A stretch of 64,000 bases of DNA. Origin: Candidatus Hermodarchaeum yapensis. GTDB taxonomy: Archaea; Asgardarchaeota; Hermodarchaeia; Hermodarchaeales; Hermodarchaeaceae. Below the pieces are notes generated by a model. The model did no database searches, was not told where the DNA came from, and saw only the letters and a program-made list of their open reading frames with translations. Below, piece by piece: positions 49,707 through 59,434 of the stretch. The position numbers and the translations under genes are program-made. Within the stretch, counting starts at the first letter, position 1. Every line of letters begins with the position of its first letter. The DNA is taken from the NCBI GenBank assembly GCA_016840405.1, contig JAEOSK010000013.1, positions 1-64,000 on the forward strand, written 5' to 3'.

Positions 49707-50249
49707 ATGGTAGAATCAGCAATTCAAGCGAATTTCACCTGCTCATGTGGTGCTCCTTTCATTGTAATGGCTCTTGATCCAGCACCCAAAGATAAAATCA
49801 CCGCACTATTAGTGTGTCCACGCCATCGAGTAGGTCATCACCTAACGCTAGACCATTCAGGACTGGATCTTTGGGCCGGGGTAGTCGCGGATAATTTGTA
49901 CCGCTGTGGTGTTTGCGGACGCGAACTATCACCAGCCACAGGCGTCAGTTCCACGGAAGTTGCTACGACATTTACACTGAACTGTCCCATTCATGGAACC
50001 CAGAATAATACACGGACCATTTGGAGCGTACTTTACCGTCGGCTTCTTTCAGAAGCACGGCGACGCCGAACCCCTCCAGCTACGCCTCAACCCCCTGTAA
50101 CACCCGCTCCGACACCACCACAGGAGACTCCACCAACTACACAAGAGGGTACAAAATCGACACCCGATGCCCAATTTTGCCCTGAATGTGGACAGAAAAT
50201 ACGTCCCCGTGACAATTTCTGTTACCACTGCGGAGCGTCGACTGATTAA
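49707..50249 (+). CDS. Soluble paralog of the preceding zinc-binding domain with a double zinc ribbon
   Basis: CSC...CPRH, CGVC...CPIH, Pro/Thr linker, FCPECG...FCYHCG; likely start ATG 49707. Confidence 0.8.
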   Translation: MVESAIQANFTCSCGAPFIVMALDPAPKDKITALLVCPRHRVGHHLTLDHSGLDLWAGVVADNLYRCGVCGRELSPATGVSSTEVATTFTLNCPIHGTQNNTRTIWSVLYRRLLSEARRRRTPPATPQPPVTPAPTPPQETPPTTQEGTKSTPDAQFCPECGQKIRPRDNFCYHCGASTD

Positions 50250-50282
50250 CTTCAACTACGAACATATCTTCCTTTTTTGTGG

Positions 50283-51863
50283 CTAAGCCGATTCGAAGAA
50301 TGCTTTATTGAAAGAATGGAAAAGCAGTCGTTTTATCATAGAGGCTGCGGGGTTTCTCCGTGCGTAGACGAAATATACCAGACTCCCGAAAATCGGTACA
50401 AGAAATGCACTTGCAAAAGCCTTCCATGAATTCATTCTGAGTGAAGGTCGCCACACATCAAGATTGAATTTCCAAGAACGTGTAAAAACTTCCCATTGTA
50501 AATCGGTGAGAGCTTCAATTTGAGGACGACTCCCTTCACTCAGAATTGACGGTCTCAATGGGACCCAGAGTAAGGGTGTCACAAACAAGTTCATCCCTTT
50601 CATATCATCGAGGAGTTCGAGGGTGGCAATCACATCTTCTTCTTCCTCATCTGGGAGACCAACTAACCAAGTTGTTAACGGAAACCACTGATTATCATTG
50701 AGGATTCCAATGGCTTGTTTCACGATTTCAGGCCATTCTTCTACTTTGAAAGGGAGAGCTTTACCAGCCATACGCCGTTTAAAGAGGCGGACACTTCCCG
50801 TTTCTATACCCGCCTCAGCAGTAACATAGGGTTTTCCTCGGCGCTTATACCGGGCACGATTTATGAGAAGTTCTGCAACTTCTTCGGTACATTTTGGGTC
50901 AGCAACAACAGGTGCCAATGCAATATGAGCAGGTTGGATGTAATGAATGCCAGGGACGTTCACCAAATTATCGATAAGATTGACAACAGCTTTCCGATTT
51001 GGGATAAACTTAGGTGATTCAAGTCCATACAGAAAGAGATCTTCTGTTGCGAGAATAATCATCTCATTACCTGAATCAGCATTTACCCGTACTTCCTGCA
51101 GAATGTGTTCGAGCGGTAATGAAAACCGTCTTCGCTGAGTTGGTGAACAAAATTGACAGCCTCGACCACACCCACGTGTGATTTCAACCGCCCCATGAAT
51201 AGAACCACCTCGAATTAGAGGAATGTCTTCAGGGGCTTTTAGCATTCCACCAACATCTGTTGTGGGGAGAGGTTTGCCATCGATCGCATTATGAAAAAAT
51301 TCCACCAGGTGAGGGCTAACTTCACCTGTAATGACACAATCAATTCCCAATGTTTGCCTTGCTGTTTGACCAGCTACTTGCCAAGCACCAGCTCCACCAA
51401 CAATCACTTTTGCTTGACCACGATCATGCACTTTGGCGATAGGGCTTTTCCGTAATAGATGACGGAACTCACGACGATTGCGTGGCTCGCTGCCCAGGGA
51501 GAACATATTGGAGTAGGTTAAGCTCACATAGGCAATTCCAAGGGGGTCCATGCTTGAAACGCCCACTACCCGTGTATCTGATCCCATGAAATGCTTAAGA
51601 TTTGAGGGATGAACCACGGCTACCTCGGTTTCATCAAAGCCATTATCGAGGAGAAGCGCTTCCACTTTTCGTAACCCATATGGTGCAAATCGGGATCGTT
51701 TGCTCAATTGGTCTTCTTCTTTCGGCATGTAGAGGGGTTTGAGAAAACTTGGAATGAGGAGGAATGACCCAGCAAAGGCTCCGAATGGATCTTCACCGAA
51801 ATGGCTCATTTCGATTTCAGAAGCAGTCAATACGACTTTCGTGCCATTCTTGGGAAGAACCAT
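50283..51863 (-). CDS. Radical SAM protein with a B12-binding-like N-terminal domain
   Basis: APYGLRKVEA, RGCGRGCQFC, GIETGS. Confidence 0.88.
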   Translation of the reverse strand: MVLPKNGTKVVLTASEIEMSHFGEDPFGAFAGSFLLIPSFLKPLYMPKEEDQLSKRSRFAPYGLRKVEALLLDNGFDETEVAVVHPSNLKHFMGSDTRVVGVSSMDPLGIAYVSLTYSNMFSLGSEPRNRREFRHLLRKSPIAKVHDRGQAKVIVGGAGAWQVAGQTARQTLGIDCVITGEVSPHLVEFFHNAIDGKPLPTTDVGGMLKAPEDIPLIRGGSIHGAVEITRGCGRGCQFCSPTQRRRFSLPLEHILQEVRVNADSGNEMIILATEDLFLYGLESPKFIPNRKAVVNLIDNLVNVPGIHYIQPAHIALAPVVADPKCTEEVAELLINRARYKRRGKPYVTAEAGIETGSVRLFKRRMAGKALPFKVEEWPEIVKQAIGILNDNQWFPLTTWLVGLPDEEEEDVIATLELLDDMKGMNLFVTPLLWVPLRPSILSEGSRPQIEALTDLQWEVFTRSWKFNLDVWRPSLRMNSWKAFASAFLVPIFGSLVYFVYARRNPAASMIKRLLFHSFNKAFFESA

Positions 51864-51944
51864 GACAGCCTCCTTCTAACTCAGTGTAGAACGGTGATTG
51901 ATTGCTTTATTCAATTAAAGCTTCTGCTTTTTATAAAAGGAAAA

Positions 51945-52400
51945 TTATGTCGGGTTCTCGATTTGGGCTTTTAGAGTAGTGAGAGTTTTTCGAGCATCGA
52001 TGCGAATTTGATTATCCAACCCTTTTCGGGTTTTCTCGTCAATCTTCCGACCAAGAAAAATTTTGGGAAGTTGGTAGGTGATTTCGTAGGTCACACGAGT
52101 TCCCGATGCGGTGTGTTCAAAATACCATTTTGCATCTTGGAATGGTTGCCCTGAAAGTGATCGAACGTGTAAGCTACGGCCTAGCTGTAGTTCGATGACT
52201 TCTAATTCTTGGGTGAAGCGGAAATCTTTGACACTTACACCCATGGCAAATCGTGTGCCAACCCCCCAGAGGGCTTCTGTTGTTGGATCATAGCTGGTGA
52301 CAGAGGCGATGAATTTTGGGACGTTTCGATAATTAACAGTGTACTTGAAGACTTTTTCAAGAGGTGCTTTGATTTCTATGCTTTCACTGATATCGGTCAT
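51945..52400 (-). CDS. SRPBCC/START-fold protein
   Basis: SIEIKAPLEKVF, GTRVTY pattern. Confidence 0.8.
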   Translation of the reverse strand: MTDISESIEIKAPLEKVFKYTVNYRNVPKFIASVTSYDPTTEALWGVGTRFAMGVSVKDFRFTQELEVIELQLGRSLHVRSLSGQPFQDAKWYFEHTASGTRVTYEITYQLPKIFLGRKIDEKTRKGLDNQIRIDARKTLTTLKAQIENPT

Positions 52401-52445
52401 TTTCTTTTCCCTGGTTAGTGTAGGTTATCTTTGTATTCTTAAAAT

Positions 52446-53792
52446 TTAGCGATGCAGATACCATTCCCATTCTTGGTCGGTTACCGCTGCGTGGGTGTAT
52501 TGATACCATTCGGCTTCACGAATTTCCTGGTAGAGCTTGCTGAATTCCTGACCGAGTACATCATTGAGAAGCTTATCTTTTTGGAGTGCCTGAAGTGCAC
52601 CTTGCAGAGTGTCTGGTAATTGCTCAATCTTGCGTTGTGCAAGATGTTTGGGTGACATATGGTACAGGTCTTCAGTGACCGGTTCTGGAGCCTTAAGCTG
52701 CCTTTCCACACCATCCATTCCTGCACCCAAGAGCACAGCAAAGAGTAAGTAGGGATTTGTTAATGGATCAGGAGATCGAAATTCGATAGCCGCTTTTTCA
52801 GCTGAGGTGAAAAGTGGGATACGGATAAGGGCTGAACGGTTAAGATAACCCCAGGCATTGTAAACGGGGGCTTCAAATCCAGGAACCAACCGTTTGAAGG
52901 AATTTACCGTGGGATTCGCTATCGCTGTGATTGCTGGAGCGTGATGCATTAATCCAGCCACAAAGTGAATCCCTATGTCGGTGAGGGTTCCATCGGGATT
53001 CCCAAATAGATTCTGATTGCCTTGCCAAAGTTGGAGGTGACAATGTAAACCACTCCCCGCTTGACTGGGAAACGGTTTAGGCATGAAGCTGACTTCCACA
53101 TCATACAATGCAGCCCGTCGGCGAACTAGGAGTTTGAAAAGCAAAAAGTTGTCTGCCGCCTGACTGAGTTCTGTGAAATTCAGTTCAAGTTCTTGTTGAC
53201 TTTGCCCGTGTTCTGAATGAAGCCAAGCGGTTTCAATTCCTGCTGCACGTAGATCTAAAGCGGTTTCCAGTAGTAAATCCATTCCCTTGTTTTCAGGAAA
53301 AATATCAGCATAGCCCGCTGCATCTAATGGTACACCATCTTCTGTCAGGAAATAAAATTCAGGTTCCAATTTCACACGCATTTCCATGCCTTTAGCTGCA
53401 AGTCGTTCAACATTGCGTTTTAGAATTGTTCGTGGCGCTAAGGGATGAGGACTCAGGCTTCCATCGATGGCACGTTTGAACACATCAGATATCACAACCA
53501 CCCTGCGGGGTACACTATTCGGTAACTCTTGAATTGTAGTTGAATCAGGAACTAACCGAAGATCGGAGGTAGTGATTGTCGCGAGACCCTTGACTGATGA
53601 GCCATCGATACCGCATTGTGGAATAGGTGATGTTCCTTTTTGCAGAGGTGTGATGGAATCGATAGGGCTAATGGGCACAGTCATTCCTTTGGGAACACCG
53701 TCAATATCCACAGTTAATAATTCTACAAAATGAAGTTTCCCGCGACTTTCGCTTGAAGTTTGTTTAACCGGCATCGGAATCAATCCCAACAA
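52446..53792 (-). CDS. glnA: Glutamine synthetase family protein
   Basis: DGSS, EPEF, FMPKP, GSGLHCH, RLVPGFEAP, NRSALIRIP, EFRSPD. Confidence 0.85.
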   Translation of the reverse strand: MLGLIPMPVKQTSSESRGKLHFVELLTVDIDGVPKGMTVPISPIDSITPLQKGTSPIPQCGIDGSSVKGLATITTSDLRLVPDSTTIQELPNSVPRRVVVISDVFKRAIDGSLSPHPLAPRTILKRNVERLAAKGMEMRVKLEPEFYFLTEDGVPLDAAGYADIFPENKGMDLLLETALDLRAAGIETAWLHSEHGQSQQELELNFTELSQAADNFLLFKLLVRRRAALYDVEVSFMPKPFPSQAGSGLHCHLQLWQGNQNLFGNPDGTLTDIGIHFVAGLMHHAPAITAIANPTVNSFKRLVPGFEAPVYNAWGYLNRSALIRIPLFTSAEKAAIEFRSPDPLTNPYLLFAVLLGAGMDGVERQLKAPEPVTEDLYHMSPKHLAQRKIEQLPDTLQGALQALQKDKLLNDVLGQEFSKLYQEIREAEWYQYTHAAVTDQEWEWYLHR

Positions 53793-53924
53793 AAGCTAGG
53801 AAAGAAACCAACAGTGACAAGAGCTTTTAAAGATTAACAAAGCCAATTTTTGAACCATGGGGAGGTTGGATTTGGATAAATTTATTGGGGGAAACCGCTC
53901 TTGAGGGCATAAGAGGGTAATTGC

Positions 53925-55889
53925 ATGAAAGGGACACAACCAATTCTCTTGGCATTGCTTCTCCTGATGCCCATTATTTCACCAATCTCATTACTTGGGG
54001 CCCATTTTAGTACTTTTCATACTCAGGAAGCCCTCCTTAGTTCCAAACCTCACGAACCATTAAAAATTGGCGGGATTTCATCAACCGTTGCTCTAAGTCC
54101 AGAAGACACAACCCAAAATATTGGCTCAAGAATTCCAGTAACCAATGGGAATTCTCCGAGAAACTGGACCATCCTGATGTATATGTGCGCTGATAACAAC
54201 TTAGATTTAGCAGCAATAAACCAGATTATCGAATTAGAAACAGAAGGGTCTACCCAACAAGTCAATGTTCTTGTTTACGTCGATTTTACCTCATCAACTG
54301 CAACCCCGGGTACAGGAGCGTTTACATACAACATTACCCAAGCGCTCCTGGGAACTTCAATTCGGTCTGAACCCCTGAACACCACTCTCCCTGTGGAACC
54401 GAACATGGGTGACCCCTCCACTCTTGTAGAATTTATCAGGTTTGGCCAAAACTACTCGGAAGCTGAAAATTATCTCCTTGTCCTTTGGGATCATGGAACA
54501 GGTTACTTAGGAGTCTGTAATGATGAGACCAGTGGAAATGATCAACTTCTTCCACATGAAATTGCTATTGCACTGGAAAATGAGACCATTGATCCGATTG
54601 ATGTTGTAGCCTTTGATGCGAGTTTTATGGGTCAGCTGGAACTAGCCTATGAAATTCAAAATGGAACAGATTTGATTGTCTTCTCGGAAAACTACATTCC
54701 TCAACGAGGTTTTCCGTACAGCACAATTCTTCATAGCCTCAATCTCATCCCCAATAGTAACCCCCTAGCATTATGCAAAGAAATGGTTGACCGATACATC
54801 CTAGCTTATTCACAAGGAGGAGAATATTCGACATACTATCCAAGTGGAATTTCTGATCTCTGTCTTTCTGTTATCAACACAACCAACATCAACAACCTTG
54901 TCTACTGGTTCAACGAAACAGTCGAATGGTTACTCAACCCTGGTGTACTTACGACGAATTACTCAATCATAAGTGGAGCACGAGGATCCACCCAACACTT
55001 TGTCATCCCTCACTTCATTGACTTATGGGACTTTTCAAACCAAATCGCGGCCCAATCAATAAATCCCGTGATCCGTAGTCTTGCAACCAATATGTCGCAG
55101 TCAGTTCGTGCAGCAATTGCTCATGAACAAAGTATGCAAGGCATACCTGGCGCAGTTGGTTTAGCAATGAATTTCGCAGATTACGAAGCGGTTCCGTTGA
55201 CGTTACTTAATGTTACTCGCTATTCTGAATTCATTAATGAATTTCATGGAATCGGAGAAACCACCATTAATTCCGTTATGCAGTTTGAGTTCGTTCCATT
55301 GAACGGGTATCTTGATGGAAAGAATGATTCGGTGTATTTCCGAATCACAGTACCGATTCCTACTGAATACACCATAGTTCTTAGACCGTTTGAGAATTAT
55401 GATGCAGATTTTGATCTCTATCTCTATGACAGCAATCAAAATCTCTTGGCCCGATCAATATCATTGAACTCTACGGAAGCGATTCAATATTCCTTGCTTC
55501 CTGATCAAATCTACTATATCAGGGTCATATCCTATCCCCGGAGCGACATTACCTACGGACTAGGTTCAGTGCACATCGACATTGTCCCTGGTTCACCGAT
55601 TAATCCCATTATCTTCGTCATAATGGGGTGTCTCATTGTCGTTGTCCTCTGTTTCATCATTCTTTGTTTCTTTTTCCTGTTCCGTTATTGGAAACGACGG
55701 GTCCTGCAACGACAAATCGAACGAATACAGGAGCCTACCGAGTCAGATAGTGGCGATTTAGTCGTTTCAGCTACTCAAACAGCATTTTGTACAGAATGTG
55801 GTGAAATATTTCCTGATAAAGCGAAATACTGTCCAAGATGCGGAAAAACCTTTGAAGGCACTGAAACCAGTGAATCGAAAGAAGGGTAG
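53925..55889 (+). CDS. Membrane-anchored clostripain-family (C11) protein with PPC domain and cytoplasmic zinc ribbon; catalytic Cys replaced by Ser
   Basis: WTILMYMCADNNL, EPNMGDP, LWDHGTG, FDASFMG, DFDLYLYD, TM, FCTECG...YCPRCG. Confidence 0.85.
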   Translation: MKGTQPILLALLLLMPIISPISLLGAHFSTFHTQEALLSSKPHEPLKIGGISSTVALSPEDTTQNIGSRIPVTNGNSPRNWTILMYMCADNNLDLAAINQIIELETEGSTQQVNVLVYVDFTSSTATPGTGAFTYNITQALLGTSIRSEPLNTTLPVEPNMGDPSTLVEFIRFGQNYSEAENYLLVLWDHGTGYLGVCNDETSGNDQLLPHEIAIALENETIDPIDVVAFDASFMGQLELAYEIQNGTDLIVFSENYIPQRGFPYSTILHSLNLIPNSNPLALCKEMVDRYILAYSQGGEYSTYYPSGISDLCLSVINTTNINNLVYWFNETVEWLLNPGVLTTNYSIISGARGSTQHFVIPHFIDLWDFSNQIAAQSINPVIRSLATNMSQSVRAAIAHEQSMQGIPGAVGLAMNFADYEAVPLTLLNVTRYSEFINEFHGIGETTINSVMQFEFVPLNGYLDGKNDSVYFRITVPIPTEYTIVLRPFENYDADFDLYLYDSNQNLLARSISLNSTEAIQYSLLPDQIYYIRVISYPRSDITYGLGSVHIDIVPGSPINPIIFVIMGCLIVVVLCFIILCFFFLFRYWKRRVLQRQIERIQEPTESDSGDLVVSATQTAFCTECGEIFPDKAKYCPRCGKTFEGTETSESKEG

Positions 55890-55895
55890 GAGTTC

Positions 55896-57680
55896 TTATT
55901 TGGTTAATGATTCGAGTTCGTTGATGAATTCTTCGGCTTGTTTCATTCCTAAAGCCCAGAATTCAGTCGTGGCGATGTCGAAGCCGAGTTCGGTGGCTAG
56001 TTCACGAGGTGAGTGGGTGGATCCAGCTGCGAGTATGCGTTTCAACTTTGGAACGAACTCTTTTCCTTGCTCCTTGTAGAGCCGGTATAATGCAAAGACG
56101 AAGAGGTTTGCGAAGACATAGGGATAGTTATAGAATCGAAATCGTGGAAGATAATAATGTACTTTGAATGTCCACTCCCACTTACTATTCGGTAGCCACT
56201 CAATGGCATCTCCATACATCATGTCACGACCTTTCACCCAGTATTTGGAAATGGTCTCACCATCCAGATATTCCCCGCGTTCAATGGCGTCATACAAATC
56301 CACTTCAAAAAAGTACCGGGCGGAAACTTGGAAAACTGACATACCAAACTCGTCAAGGACTTTGGCAAGGACTTCAAGTTTCTCCTCTTTGGTTTTGGCT
56401 TCAGCGATTAATTTGTCAACGAGAAGGAGTTCTCCGAAGATACTTCCAACCTCTGCTATGCACATTCCGATTTCTGTATTAAGAGGTTGTTGAGCCTTGG
56501 ACATGAGAACACTGTGGACTGCATGACCATTTTCATGAACCAGTGTGAACACTTCGCCCAACCGTCCATTGTAACTCAAGAAAATAAATCCAGATTTTTC
56601 ACTCAGCCAATCGGAGAACCACGCCCCGGACCCCTTTCCTTTCCGAACTACACCATCAATCCGTTTATTATCAAACATACTTGCCACGATTTGAGCGAGT
56701 TCTGGATCAAATCCGTTGTATGTATCAATTGCGATTTGTCGGGCCTCTTTCCATGAGAATTTTCGTTCAGGCATATTCGGCAATGGAGCCACAACATCCC
56801 ATTCTCCGAGTTTGGGTAAGCCCATGATTTTTGCTTTGATTCCTAAATACCGCTGATAAAGCGTCACATGATCTTGTACTGACATCATGAGAGCATCAAT
56901 GGTTTCTGGATCAACATCATTGTCGATGAGACTTTGAGTTCGGGGAGAAGGCCATTTCCGATGCTTGGTTGTCTCAAGGTGGTCGCCAGCAATCGCCCGA
57001 AGGGCACTCGCCCACAAAATCTCATCTTGACTCAATCCAGTCCACACGATGTCTTTTGCGGCTTTACGGACGTCACGATTGGGATGCTCGTATAATCCGA
57101 TAATTTCCCCGAAGGGTATGATTTTCTTTTCGCCCTCAACCTCAATTTCGTAGGTCCTCGTGGCTAGCCAGTCATTTTGGAGCTGCGCCCATGAGTCAAT
57201 TCCATATCGGTCCTTTTGGATGAAGAGGCGTTCTTCAAGATCACTCAGCACAAAGGGAGCTTTACGCTTCGTAATTTCTAAGGCATGTTTGTACTCTGCT
57301 AGGATTGGATCTTCAATGAGTTCAGGTTTCGATGCAACCAGTTGAGTAAGTTCAATTACGATAAAGGCTTGAGCTTGTCGGATTTTCATATTCATTCGAC
57401 GTGCGATATCGGCTACTTTCTTCGCCTCAGGATCAAGTGAATTTGCAGCGTATGATAACCGGGCGAACATGAACGCACCTTCACGTTTGAGGGCGTTGTC
57501 TTGATATTCTTCCAAGAAGGTTTGAACTGCTTTCGCATCCATGGTACGTACTTTACCTTTGTATTTTGTAGCAAAATCTTCTGCAGTCTTTACGTGCTGT
57601 TCCATTAACGCCTGAAGTTTGTCAATTTTTGTTGAGGGAACCAATGGAGTGAGGTCCCATGCCTCACCTTTAACAGTCAT
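55896..57680 (-). CDS. pepF: Oligoendopeptidase F (M3B); likely start ATG 57680
   Basis: WDL, GKGSGA, HENGHAVH, AEVGS, FYNYPY. Confidence 0.9.
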   Translation of the reverse strand: MTVKGEAWDLTPLVPSTKIDKLQALMEQHVKTAEDFATKYKGKVRTMDAKAVQTFLEEYQDNALKREGAFMFARLSYAANSLDPEAKKVADIARRMNMKIRQAQAFIVIELTQLVASKPELIEDPILAEYKHALEITKRKAPFVLSDLEERLFIQKDRYGIDSWAQLQNDWLATRTYEIEVEGEKKIIPFGEIIGLYEHPNRDVRKAAKDIVWTGLSQDEILWASALRAIAGDHLETTKHRKWPSPRTQSLIDNDVDPETIDALMMSVQDHVTLYQRYLGIKAKIMGLPKLGEWDVVAPLPNMPERKFSWKEARQIAIDTYNGFDPELAQIVASMFDNKRIDGVVRKGKGSGAWFSDWLSEKSGFIFLSYNGRLGEVFTLVHENGHAVHSVLMSKAQQPLNTEIGMCIAEVGSIFGELLLVDKLIAEAKTKEEKLEVLAKVLDEFGMSVFQVSARYFFEVDLYDAIERGEYLDGETISKYWVKGRDMMYGDAIEWLPNSKWEWTFKVHYYLPRFRFYNYPYVFANLFVFALYRLYKEQGKEFVPKLKRILAAGSTHSPRELATELGFDIATTEFWALGMKQAEEFINELESLTK

Positions 57681-57751
57681 ATTCTTGCCCCGCGCAGTCA
57701 AGGAGAGACCCAGGGTTAAAAGTTGAGTGGATGCCTGAAAAGTTGGCTTCC

Positions 57752-59290
57752 TCAAGCATTCAATTGGTAACAGACGCCACTGAACTGGTCAAAGATATCT
57801 CGAAAAGCTTTGTAGAGTTTTTCATAGGTGGCTACGATTTCTGGGTCGGGATTGACTTCTTTGTCATATGTGAAGATTTTTTCCAACTCATCAAAAGACT
57901 TGTATTCTCCAAGGGCTACAGCGGCAACTAAAGCTACGCCCACAGTCCCGGCGTCCTGAAGTGTAGTGACACGTCGTAATGGGACATTTAGTATGTCAGC
58001 AAAGATTTGCATCCATAAATCGCTTTTCGCGCCGCCACCACAGATATTCAGTTGTGTAATCTCATGACCCATACTGCTCAGTGCCTCTTTGACCCAGCGT
58101 GTATTATAGGCAACACCTTCGAGCACCGCACGAACCATATGGGGTCGATTGTGATCGAAGCTGAGATTCAAGAAAGCACTTCGCACGAACGGATTGATAA
58201 ATGGGCAGCGCTCACCAATTGGCCACGGTAGATAGAGGAGGTTCCGACTACCGGGTGGTACTTCTTTGGCCTGTTCAGTTACGAGGTCATAGACATCCCT
58301 ATCGGCTGTGGAGGCTTGTTCACTTTCTGCAGTGCAAACGTTTTCCACGAGCCACGCCAAGCACGAACCTGCACTTTCCATGTGACCAGTGAGGAGTAAA
58401 CGTCCCGGAATAGCACTCTCAATGGTTCCAGCCCCACACAAATCGAACTGGGGCTCTTCTTGATGTTGAGAAATCCATCCTGAAGATCCAATATACAGAT
58501 GGGGTTTCCCAGGAGTAATTGCACCTGATCCAACTGATACCGCGACGAGGTCTCCACAGCCGCATACCACTTGTGTTTCAGGTGTAAGACCTAGGCTTTT
58601 CGCTGCCTCTGGGGACAGGGTACCGAGTATGTCGGTTGTTTTCACAATGGTCGAAAGATAGTCCATTGAGAGACCGAGGCCTTCTTCAATGATTTCTGGT
58701 TCGGGTTCGTGTTTATCGATTCTAAAGTAATTCCAGATACAGGCATGACTCCAATCTGTATAGAAATCGTCGACACCTGCTTGATAAAGAATCCAATCTT
58801 TGACATCAACAAACTTCTTAGTTTTTTTGAAAATGTGGGGTTCTTCATTTTTCACCCAGGCGATTTTCGCCAAAGGATCCTTAGCCGACATCACGGGGAT
58901 AATGTTCTTTGCCATCATGTCTGGGAAAGTGAACTTGTTCATCAGCGGTGTAACATGATCTACGCTTCGTACATCCATCCAAAGGATGGTCTTACGTAGA
59001 GGCCGCCCCTTAGTGTCAACTGGGATCACTGAGGCCATCATCGCATCTACTGTGAATGCCGTAACTGACCGTGGATCAATTTTGGTTTGGGCAAGCACTT
59101 GACGGGCTGTAGTGGTTATTGCATCCCAATAAACGTGGGGATCCTGTTCTGCCCAACGTTCTTGTGGATACTCAACCTGGTATGCCTGTTGGACAGTCCC
59201 TTGCACACAACCCTGCATGTCAATAATACTCGATTTCGTTGCACTCGTACCCAAATCACAAGCCAAAATGTACTTCTTCGACACAAACAA
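57752..59290 (-). CDS. FGGY carbohydrate kinase (xylulokinase-like)
   Basis: DLGTSATK, AEQDP, WMDVRS, GERCP, GGGAKS. Confidence 0.9.
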   Translation of the reverse strand: MFVSKKYILACDLGTSATKSSIIDMQGCVQGTVQQAYQVEYPQERWAEQDPHVYWDAITTTARQVLAQTKIDPRSVTAFTVDAMMASVIPVDTKGRPLRKTILWMDVRSVDHVTPLMNKFTFPDMMAKNIIPVMSAKDPLAKIAWVKNEEPHIFKKTKKFVDVKDWILYQAGVDDFYTDWSHACIWNYFRIDKHEPEPEIIEEGLGLSMDYLSTIVKTTDILGTLSPEAAKSLGLTPETQVVCGCGDLVAVSVGSGAITPGKPHLYIGSSGWISQHQEEPQFDLCGAGTIESAIPGRLLLTGHMESAGSCLAWLVENVCTAESEQASTADRDVYDLVTEQAKEVPPGSRNLLYLPWPIGERCPFINPFVRSAFLNLSFDHNRPHMVRAVLEGVAYNTRWVKEALSSMGHEITQLNICGGGAKSDLWMQIFADILNVPLRRVTTLQDAGTVGVALVAAVALGEYKSFDELEKIFTYDKEVNPDPEIVATYEKLYKAFRDIFDQFSGVCYQLNA

Positions 59291-59434
59291 CCCTCCTCCA
59301 TAATAGTGCTGAATCTATGATAAAGGCTTACGCTTTCCACTCGATTAGTCAATCAAGTGGCCAATCGTTGCGAATTTTTATGTATGAACGAGCATAAGCT
59401 GGTTTACTCCATTGAGAAACCGAGGAAGTAATCC

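Noticed and set aside
57681-57755. N-terminal extension of PepF overlapping the FGGY kinase
   Set aside because: Family similarity starts at MTVKGEAWDL (ATG 57680)
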